Of a stretch of DNA of 64,000 nucleotides, positions 57,318 to 64,000 are shown piece after piece (position 1 is the stretch's first letter; the number at the start of each line of letters is the position of its first letter). Source of the DNA: Bacteroidota bacterium (GTDB lineage: Bacteria > Bacteroidota > Ignavibacteria > UBA10030); contig DATDRF010000103.1 in assembly GCA_035291905.1 (NCBI GenBank), forward strand, positions 2,805 through 66,804, written 5' to 3'. The notes under the pieces are model-generated. The model ran no database searches. It was not told where the DNA came from and was given only the letters and a program-made list of their open reading frames with translations. The position numbers were made by a program, and so were the translations under genes.

Positions 57318-57932
57318 ATGGATTCCGCGAATAACGCTCTTACAGAGAGAGAACGGTGCTGCATTTCGATTGCAGCACTCTTTGCGCTTCAACGGCGCAC
57401 CGATGCATACCATTTGTTGCGGGTAATCCTCAGGAGGTATTCGTTCCCCACGGTGTTTCTCGAGGAACTCTTCGTCCACCTTTCTCTTGTGCTCGGTTTT
57501 CCCGCGATGCTTGAAGGCCTGGAGTTTGTGAGAACAATTCGACCGGCGGATACGAGGAGAGTAAGGAAAAGGCCGTCCGGAGGAGGGAAGAAGATACTCG
57601 GACGAATCTACGGTGCGCAAACCAAAAAGCTTCTTCAGAACATCAGTCGCATTCATCCCGATGCGCGATCGATGATTGTGAACGACGTCTATGGGAGGGT
57701 CTTCGCGCGGCCGGGGCTTTCGCTGAAAGAACGCGAACTGATCAATGTGACAGTACTTGCTCTCCAGGGACTCGATCGCCAACTCTATTCTCATCTGAGA
57801 GGTTCGCTTCGCCTCGGCTTTCATGTTGCGACGATGCGTGAAGCGCTGGTGCTCGTCCAGAGGGTGAGCAAACGAAAGATGCGAACAGCCCGTTCACTCC
57901 TTCGCGTGGTTGTGTCTCAAAGGAAGAAGTAG
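57318..57932 (+). CDS. Carboxymuconolactone decarboxylase (AhpD-like) family protein, two CMD-like halves
   Basis: Two regions resembling CMD helices (FLEELFVHLSLVLGFPAMLEGL; GLSLKERELINVTVLALQG); weak assignment. Confidence 0.5.
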   Translation: MDSANNALTERERCCISIAALFALQRRTDAYHLLRVILRRYSFPTVFLEELFVHLSLVLGFPAMLEGLEFVRTIRPADTRRVRKRPSGGGKKILGRIYGAQTKKLLQNISRIHPDARSMIVNDVYGRVFARPGLSLKERELINVTVLALQGLDRQLYSHLRGSLRLGFHVATMREALVLVQRVSKRKMRTARSLLRVVVSQRKK

Positions 57933-57946
57933 TAACTTCGGCTCTG

Positions 57947-58219
57947 ATGAGTACCGCCGCGCACATTGTTGTCAGAGGATTGGTGCAGGGGGTGGGATTT
58001 CGTTATTTTGTCGCACGGAACGCGGACCGGTTTAACATCCGGGGGTATGTCAAGAATCTCTACAATGGTGACGTTGAAATCGTTGCAGAGGGGGAGAGGG
58101 GCCCGATTGAAATGCTCATTAAAGAGGTCAAGGTTGGCCCACGATCAGCCCAGGTGGCCGATTGCATCATCGAGTGGGCAAATCCCGCCAATTCGTTCAA
58201 AGGATTTGAGATCAGGTGA
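57947..58219 (+). CDS. acyP: Acylphosphatase
   Basis: VRGLVQGVGFRYFV and GYVKNLYNGDVEIVAEG signature motifs; 90 aa. Confidence 0.8.
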   Translation: MSTAAHIVVRGLVQGVGFRYFVARNADRFNIRGYVKNLYNGDVEIVAEGERGPIEMLIKEVKVGPRSAQVADCIIEWANPANSFKGFEIR

Positions 58220-58737
58220 AACCCTTCCGTCACGTTCGAACCGGCATCGGCTACGATGTTCATGCATTTGGCCCGAAAAGGAAATTGATTCTGGGGGGCG
58301 TCCGAATCCCCTCGTTGTTGGGCCTTGAAGGGCACTCAGACGCCGACGCTCTCCTGCACGCCATCGGTGATGCCTTGCTTGGCTCCGCTGGTCTCGGGGA
58401 TATCGGCAGACACTTTCCGAACACCAACCGACGCTACAAAAATATCTCAAGCCTGCGGTTGGTTCGCGCAATTGGCGTTATGATCAGGCAACATGGCTAC
58501 CTCATCGGCAACATTGATACAACCGTCGTGCTCGAAAAACCGAGGCTGGCGCCGTATGTTCCGGCCATGCGGAAAGCGATCGCCCGGGCTTTGAAAATCA
58601 AGCCTGCACAGGTTTCTGTGAAAGCGACGACCAACGAGAACCTTGGATTTATCGGTCGCGGTCAGGGATGCGCCGCTCTTGCCGTTGCCACAATCTTCCC
58701 TTCAGACGAGAAGACCGGTGCAGGAATTCGTCGATAG
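58216..58737 (+). CDS. ispF: 2-C-methyl-D-erythritol 2,4-cyclodiphosphate synthase
   Basis: RTGIGYDVHAF, GHSDADALLHAIGDALLGS, IGNIDTTVVLEKP; GTGA overlap with acyP. Confidence 0.85.
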   Translation: MKPFRHVRTGIGYDVHAFGPKRKLILGGVRIPSLLGLEGHSDADALLHAIGDALLGSAGLGDIGRHFPNTNRRYKNISSLRLVRAIGVMIRQHGYLIGNIDTTVVLEKPRLAPYVPAMRKAIARALKIKPAQVSVKATTNENLGFIGRGQGCAALAVATIFPSDEKTGAGIRR

Positions 58738-59344
58738 CCTCGCCACGCTTCACCCCGTCTGGATCTACGCCGCTGTCGCGGGTATATGCTATATCGAAAA
58801 CATCCTTCCTCCCTTTCCCAGTGATGTGTTGGTCGTAGCCGCGGGGTCCTTGATCGGTTTCGGTCGGGTTGACTTTGTGGTTGTCCTGCTGGTCGCAACC
58901 GCGGGAAGCACTCTGGGATTCATGACGATGTACAAGATCGGTGACTGGTTCGGCGATCGTATTCTTGAAGTGGGAAAGATCCGATTCATCCCCATCGAGA
59001 ATGTCCACAAAGTCGAATCGTGGTTTAGGCGCTATGGATACTGGGTCATTATCGCCAATCGGTTCCTGGCCGGGACAAGAGCCGTTGTGTCGTTCTTTGC
59101 GGGAATGTCGGAACTTTCTCTCTGGCGGACAACGATCCTCTCATTTGCCAGCGCAATGGTGTGGAATTCCATTCTCATCCTGTCAGGAAAGACTCTGGGA
59201 GATAACTGGTCCGAGATTCTCGTCTATCTTGAGACATACAGCAAAGTCGTTACATCGGTCCTCGTCGTTGCAAGCCTCATTCTGGTCGCGCGGTATTTCT
59301 ACAAGAGACAGCGGCAGGCATCCAATGGAGGAGCAGGCAAGTGA
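58709..59344 (+). CDS. DedA/TVP38-family membrane protein
   Basis: ENILPPFPSDVLVVAAG and FIPIENVHKVESWFRRYGYWVIIANRFLAGTRAV DedA signatures; start inferred as GTG 58709 (no ATG until far downstream), overlapping the ispF 3' end by 29 nt. Confidence 0.65.
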   Translation, partial: RRPVQEFVDSLATLHPVWIYAAVAGICYIENILPPFPSDVLVVAAGSLIGFGRVDFVVVLLVATAGSTLGFMTMYKIGDWFGDRILEVGKIRFIPIENVHKVESWFRRYGYWVIIANRFLAGTRAVVSFFAGMSELSLWRTTILSFASAMVWNSILILSGKTLGDNWSEILVYLETYSKVVTSVLVVASLILVARYFYKRQRQASNGGAGK

Positions 59345-59368
59345 TCATGGCCTCGGGAGGACGGTCCG

Positions 59369-59962
59369 TTGAGTGAAGTATTGTACGGTATCGATGTCGC
59401 CCTCTTTCGCTTCCTGAACGGGACGATTGCCAATCCCGTGTTTGACTTCATCATGCCTTTCATCACGGATCTGAATAAACAGCCGATTGTTCTCATCCTG
59501 GTGGCGGCAGCGTTGTTCTGGATCTCGATGAAGGGGGGAACGACCGGAAGATGGGCGGCGATCCTGCTCGTTCTCACGATCGTCGTTAGTGACCAGTTGA
59601 ATAGCTCAGTCATCAAGCATCTTTTCATGAGAGCCCGCCCATGCCATGTGTTGGACGACGTCCATTTGCTGGTCAGTTGCGGAAGCGGCTACTCATTTCC
59701 CTCTTCCCACGCTGTCAATAACTATGCCGCAGCAACGGTCCTTGCCTACTTCTACCGCAAATGGCTCTGGGGGTTCGCAACGTTTGCGGGTGTCGTGGCT
59801 TTTTCCCGCGTGTCCGTCGGTGTTCACTACCCCTTCGATGTTGTCGCCGGATCGATTCTCGGCGTGTTGGTCGGAGCGGTCATAGTGTTCTTGTATCAGT
59901 ATGCCGTAAGGTACTGGAAGGAACGTCACAGTCCGGAGAATTCGAATGACACTCCTCGTTGA
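59369..59962 (+). CDS. PAP2-family phosphatase (undecaprenyl-diphosphatase/PgpB-like)
   Basis: PAP2 motifs KHLFMRARP, SFPSSHA, SRVSVGVHYPFDV. Confidence 0.75.
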   Translation: MSEVLYGIDVALFRFLNGTIANPVFDFIMPFITDLNKQPIVLILVAAALFWISMKGGTTGRWAAILLVLTIVVSDQLNSSVIKHLFMRARPCHVLDDVHLLVSCGSGYSFPSSHAVNNYAAATVLAYFYRKWLWGFATFAGVVAFSRVSVGVHYPFDVVAGSILGVLVGAVIVFLYQYAVRYWKERHSPENSNDTPR

Positions 59963-61601
59963 ACAGGTTGATGAACGCCGCCGTCGAAGACTGTATGCAT
60001 TTCTTTGCGTCGTGTCGGGCGCGCTTCTCGGGTTTGCGTTTCCGCCGTCTCCGCTGTATTCGCTGGCCTACGTCGGGCTTGTGCCGTTCCTCTTCCTTTT
60101 CGAACGGTTCGAGAAAATCGGCACTCTCCTTCGGTACTCGTACCTCATGCTCTTTGTATTCCACGCCGTTACGGTCTACTGGGTCAGCGGGTTCACGCAC
60201 CTTCGAGACCAGTACCTCATATTGTCGGGTGTCGGCCTGCTTGCCGTTAACCCGATGTTCTACTGGCTCCCGCTTCTTGCCGCTTATCTGGTCAGAAAGA
60301 GATTTGGAGAAACGGCGTGGTTTGTCGCGTTCCCGTTCTTCTGGGTAGGATTCGAATACTTCCATTCCCTTGGCGAGTTCTCATTCCCGTGGCTCACGCT
60401 CGGGAACAGCCAGGCATACGACATCAACAGGATTCAGGTCGCCGAGGCGGTTTCGGTGTACGGGATCTCGCTTCTTATCGTCGCTTTCAATGTCATTTCC
60501 TATGCTTTCATACGGAACGTTGCGCTTCAACAATGGAGATTCACCGAGGCAAGGAGTCTGACACTTTTATCTGCTCTCGTACTTCTTTATGTCGTTCCAT
60601 TTGTCATTGGAGCCACCTTGCTGAAGCACTACGACCTGCCGCCTGACGGACGTCCCGTGAGCGTGGGTATCGTTCAGCCGAACATCGATCCTTTCGAAAA
60701 ATGGGGAGAGGGAAGCGAATCACGATGGGAGTCGTACACCCGTCAGTTGAAGTTGTATTTCGGAGAGATGCGGAAGCTCTCGGCCGATTCGCTCGATCTC
60801 ATCGTGCTGCCCGAGACGGCAATTCCTTTCCATATCCTCCTTTCGCAAAACACCGGGTACTACAATCTGTTCAAACACGAAGTTGATTTTGCGAACACTC
60901 CCGTGTTCACGGGACTTGCCGATGGCTATTACACCGACTCGGCTCATGCATCTGTCACCGCAATGAAAGCCGGAGATGCGTACTTCGAATCGTTCAATTC
61001 TGCCACTCTCTTTCTTCCTTATGTAGGGAACGGTCCCGTGTATCATAAGGTTGTTTTGGTGCCGTATGCAGAACGGGTTCCTTATGCAGAAACATTTCGG
61101 TTTCTTATTGAACCCCTTAAATGGGGCGTTGGGATCAGCAGCTGGGGGAAAGGGACAGAGCAGTATCTCTACGATCTGAAGCTCCGTAACGGGGATTCCA
61201 CATCGTTTTCCGGAATGATCTGTTACGAATTGATCTACCCGGAGTATGTCCGGGAGTTTGTGCGAAAAGGAGCGAAGTTCCTTGTTGTCATCTCCAATGA
61301 CAGCTGGTGGGGGAATACCTCGGGGGCGTATCAGCTTGCCGCGTACACGGCGATCCGTGCGGTGGAAACGCGGCGCTGGATTGTGCGTTGTGCCAACGGT
61401 GGAATCTCAGGTGTCATTGATCCTGCAGGAAGATTGATTTCGGGAACGTCGATGTACGAGGCGGTAACGTTCTCCGAGAACATCAAAGCAATGGAAACGG
61501 AGACATTTTTTGTGAGGCATGGAGACATTGTCGGTAAAGGTTCGCTCTATTTGTCGTTGTTGATTGTTATCGTCTGTTTTGTCAGAAAGAAGAAACCATG
61601 A
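59946..61601 (+). CDS. lnt: Apolipoprotein N-acyltransferase
   Basis: N-terminal multi-TM domain plus C-terminal CN-hydrolase domain (catalytic Cys in [11 protein letters not shown]). Confidence 0.85.
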   Translation: MTLLVEQVDERRRRRLYAFLCVVSGALLGFAFPPSPLYSLAYVGLVPFLFLFERFEKIGTLLRYSYLMLFVFHAVTVYWVSGFTHLRDQYLILSGVGLLAVNPMFYWLPLLAAYLVRKRFGETAWFVAFPFFWVGFEYFHSLGEFSFPWLTLGNSQAYDINRIQVAEAVSVYGISLLIVAFNVISYAFIRNVALQQWRFTEARSLTLLSALVLLYVVPFVIGATLLKHYDLPPDGRPVSVGIVQPNIDPFEKWGEGSESRWESYTRQLKLYFGEMRKLSADSLDLIVLPETAIPFHILLSQNTGYYNLFKHEVDFANTPVFTGLADGYYTDSAHASVTAMKAGDAYFESFNSATLFLPYVGNGPVYHKVVLVPYAERVPYAETFRFLIEPLKWGVGISSWGKGTEQYLYDLKLRNGDSTSFSGMICYELIYPEYVREFVRKGAKFLVVISNDSWWGNTSGAYQLAAYTAIRAVETRRWIVRCANGGISGVIDPAGRLISGTSMYEAVTFSENIKAMETETFFVRHGDIVGKGSLYLSLLIVIVCFVRKKKP

Positions 61602-62635
61602 AACCGCAAATGATTGATCTTCGAAGTGATACGGTTACGAAACCTTCTCAGGAAATGCGAAAGGCGATGGCTGAAGCGGATGTTGGTGATGATGTATTCG
61701 GGGAAGACCCTACGGTGAACCGGCTGCAGCGTTCTGTGGCAACATTGCTGGGAAAAGAAGATGCTCTCTTTACGCCCACAGGCGTCATGGCAAACCAGGT
61801 CGCCATCAAGTGCCACACGCAGGCAGGCGATGAGGTCATTGTGGAGAGGGACGCTCATATCTTGAACTATGAAACAGGCGCTCCCGCAATGCTTTCCGGA
61901 GTGCAGCTCCTCACAATTCCCGGAACTCGGGGGATCCTCAGGTCCGAGCAGCTCGAAAGCGCGATTCGGCCGCCGGCGTATTACATGACTCGTACAGCAC
62001 TGCTCTGCCTTGAAAATACTCACAATCGAGCGGGGGGTACCGTCTATCCGCTTGATGAAATAAAACGGATCCGGTCGCTGATGATTCGTCACAACATTCC
62101 CATGCACTTGGACGGGGCCCGCATTTGGAATGCGTGGATGGCCTCGGGGATCCATGCGAAGGAGTACGCACGATACTTCGATTCTGTTTCAGTCTGTTTC
62201 TCCAAAGGATTGGGAGCTCCCGTTGGCTCGGCCCTCGTCGGAAGCAAAGAGTTCATCGCCCGGGCGAGAAAGACCCGAAAGATCTTCGGTGGCGGGATGA
62301 GACAGGCAGGTGTCCTTGCTGCGGCGGCCCAGTACGCGATAGACAAGAATATCAGGCGGTTGAAAGAAGATCATGAGAAAGCCCGGTTTCTTGCAGTCGA
62401 ATTGAGCCGTGTCAGGGACTTTGCCGTCGACCTGGAAAGCGTCCAGACGAATATCATTATCGTTGATGTTGCGGGAACAAAAAAGCCGTCTTCAAAGGTT
62501 CTAGCAATGCTGCGCTCCAAGGGCGTTTTCTTGACCGATGCCGGACCGACGACTATTCGCGCCGTGACCCATATGGATGTTTCGATGGAGCAGGTCCAGC
62601 AGGCAGCATCCATTATTCAGAGACTCTTTGCATGA
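61598..62635 (+). CDS. ltaE: Low-specificity L-threonine aldolase
   Basis: [38 protein letters not shown]-lysine region [14 protein letters not shown]. Confidence 0.8.
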   Translation: MKPQMIDLRSDTVTKPSQEMRKAMAEADVGDDVFGEDPTVNRLQRSVATLLGKEDALFTPTGVMANQVAIKCHTQAGDEVIVERDAHILNYETGAPAMLSGVQLLTIPGTRGILRSEQLESAIRPPAYYMTRTALLCLENTHNRAGGTVYPLDEIKRIRSLMIRHNIPMHLDGARIWNAWMASGIHAKEYARYFDSVSVCFSKGLGAPVGSALVGSKEFIARARKTRKIFGGGMRQAGVLAAAAQYAIDKNIRRLKEDHEKARFLAVELSRVRDFAVDLESVQTNIIIVDVAGTKKPSSKVLAMLRSKGVFLTDAGPTTIRAVTHMDVSMEQVQQAASIIQRLFA

Positions 62636-63108
62636 CGGACAACCGATTCGATCTCTCGCTTTTCCAGCACACAATTCCCGTGCAGGTTCGTAACTACGAG
62701 GTGGACTGGCAGGGGGTCGTGCACAATGCGGTCTATCTTCTTTATTTTGAAATTGGCCGTGTGGACTATTTCAAACACATCGGGGCCTCCCTGGAACTGG
62801 GGAATGTGCGGGGAGAGAACAAGGTGGTTCTCGTTCGGAATGAAATCGACTACAAGCTGCCGGTGAGCTTCGACGCTGAGTTGAAAGTGCATACCAGGAT
62901 CTCCAGGATCAAGAATACAAGCTTCTGGATGGAAGGGGCCCTGCAGCTCTCCTCGAGCGGAGCAATTGTCGCGACGAACGTTGCATATCACGTGTGGTTG
63001 GATCAACATACAGATCGGCCGAAGGATGTAGGGGATGAGTTTCGAAAACTCGTCGAAAAGCATGAGGGGGACCGTTGCGCAATTCATTGGCCGGTCCGTA
63101 AGGCATGA
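62632..63108 (+). CDS. Acyl-CoA thioesterase, 4HBT/YbgC-like hotdog fold
   Basis: [22 protein letters not shown] hotdog active-site region; 158 aa. Confidence 0.65.
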   Translation: MTDNRFDLSLFQHTIPVQVRNYEVDWQGVVHNAVYLLYFEIGRVDYFKHIGASLELGNVRGENKVVLVRNEIDYKLPVSFDAELKVHTRISRIKNTSFWMEGALQLSSSGAIVATNVAYHVWLDQHTDRPKDVGDEFRKLVEKHEGDRCAIHWPVRKA

Positions 63109-64000
63109 CTTCCTTTGAAGAGTTTTCTGAATTGTGCAAGCAGGGGAATGTGATTCCCGTCCACGAAACTCTGCGATTGGACACGGAAACACCCGTCTCG
63201 GTTTACCTCAGGATCAAAGATCAGGACCGGTATTCCTTTCTTCTCGAGAGCGTAGAGGGCGGGGAGTCGGTTGCACGGTATTCCTTCCTTGGATTCAATC
63301 CCTTCATGAAATGTGAAATCCGCGGCGGAGATCTTTCCGTCGAGGCGCTTCATGACGATGTGACGGTTCTCCCAAAGCTCGCAGCGCCCGGCATGGATCC
63401 GGTCGAAGCCCTCAAGGCGATTTTTGCTCATTTGAAGACGGTCCGGATTCAGGGCCTTCCGAGGTTCTCCGGCGGGGCGGTCGGTTACTTCGGGTATGAA
63501 TGCATAAGGCTCGTCGAGAACATTCCGCAGGCTCCCGGGACGACGCTCGCCATTCCCGATGCAGTCATGCTTTTCTTCGACGTTGTTCTCGTCTTCGACA
63601 ATGTCACTCATTCGATCACGCTTGTTTCAAATGCCTACGTTCCGGAAGGGGAACACCGCGCCGATTTTCTCAGGCGGGAATATGACAAGGCCCGGGCCGA
63701 AATAGAGTCTCTCAAGTCTCTTCTCCGGACTCCTCCTCATGAAAGGAACATTGAGGCAATGAGAACGGGCGGTGCGGAGTTTGTTGCTTCCAAAGCAGAC
63801 TTTTGCAGGGGAGTCGACCGGGTAAAGCAATACATCTCAGAGGGAGACGTCTTCCAGGTTGTCCTTTCGCAGCAGGTTCGCATGAGCTCGGCGGCCGATC
63901 CTTTCACGGTCTACCGCAATTTGAGAACTATCAATCCCTCTCCTTACATGTACTTCCTTCGCATTGACGACCTTTCCGTTATCGGATCGTCTCCCGAAAT
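63105..64000 (+). CDS. trpE: Anthranilate synthase component I; 3' partial, continues past window end
   Basis: ATG 63105 (ATGA overlap). Translation [67 protein letters not shown]... ending ...DLSVIGSSPE matches the TrpE N-terminal half. Absent from the ORF track because there is no stop inside the window. Confidence 0.8.
   Translation, partial: MTSFEEFSELCKQGNVIPVHETLRLDTETPVSVYLRIKDQDRYSFLLESVEGGESVARYSFLGFNPFMKCEIRGGDLSVEALHDDVTVLPKLAAPGMDPVEALKAIFAHLKTVRIQGLPRFSGGAVGYFGYECIRLVENIPQAPGTTLAIPDAVMLFFDVVLVFDNVTHSITLVSNAYVPEGEHRADFLRREYDKARAEIESLKSLLRTPPHERNIEAMRTGGAEFVASKADFCRGVDRVKQYISEGDVFQVVLSQQVRMSSAADPFTVYRNLRTINPSPYMYFLRIDDLSVIGSSPE

Noticed and set aside
58216-59344. 29-nt overlap between ispF and the inferred GTG start of the DedA-family gene as a possible frameshift or fusion.
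   Set aside because: The two proteins are unrelated families in different frames. The DedA start is uncertain (no ATG; GTG/TTG alternatives), so the overlap most likely reflects start-site ambiguity rather than a recoding event.
1-64000. CRISPR arrays, cas genes, integrase/transposase/recombinase genes, toxin-antitoxin pairs, prophage structural genes.
   Set aside because: None detected by inspection. No regularly spaced short repeats, no YR/SR recombinase or DDE transposase motifs in any six-frame ORF. The two MITEs are therefore nonautonomous, and the tRNA-Arg island, if real, is an integrase-less remnant.

Overview
This 64 kb window is a gene-dense chromosomal segment from a Gram-negative (diderm) bacterium. 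GC content is roughly 55%. LolCDE, Lnt and a type IX secretion (T9SS) C-terminal sorting domain point to the FCB group (Bacteroidetes, Ignavibacteria, Chlorobi and relatives); clear AGGAGG ribosome-binding sites before several genes argue against classical Bacteroidia. Sixty-five of 66 CDS lie on the + strand.

Content is mostly housekeeping. It includes der, a CoA-disulfide reductase/NADH oxidase family gene, upp, rel, ruvX, mtgA, cmk, ispH, rpsA, mtaB, truA, and a trpD-corC-trpC-trpF-trpB block. A polysaccharide locus follows (Wzx flippase, four glycosyltransferases, one methyltransferase), then nadD, glgB, a response regulator and a hybrid histidine kinase. Further on are proS, an aldehyde dehydrogenase, dnaE, trxA, aspS, an AtuA-like pair, prfB, lolC/E-lolC/E-lolD, ispF, dedA, a PAP2 phosphatase, lnt, ltaE and the 5' end of trpE. 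RNA genes are tRNA-Arg(CCT), tRNA-Lys(TTT) and tRNA-Leu(GAG).

Features that look accessory or novel:
- Two copies of a previously unannotated miniature inverted-repeat element of about 160-190 bp. Each has perfect 16-17 bp terminal inverted repeats starting GGTAGTG and perfect 8 bp target-site duplications. They sit at 38066-38259 and 55594-55750.
- A tRNA-Arg gene whose 3' half is duplicated 13 bp downstream, with a 30 bp double-hairpin insertion. This looks like an att-site scar.
- A 546-aa orphan P-loop NTPase of unknown family immediately downstream of that scar. It is followed by a C10 homopolymer and two terminator hairpins, so it may be the remnant of a tRNA-integrated island.
- A PAS/HisKA/HATPase/REC hybrid kinase split by a single in-frame TGA.
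- A 27 bp tandem-repeat array forming a repetitive C-terminal tail on MtgA and overlapping the start of an AlbA_2-domain gene.

No CRISPR array, integrase or transposase gene is visible in the window.
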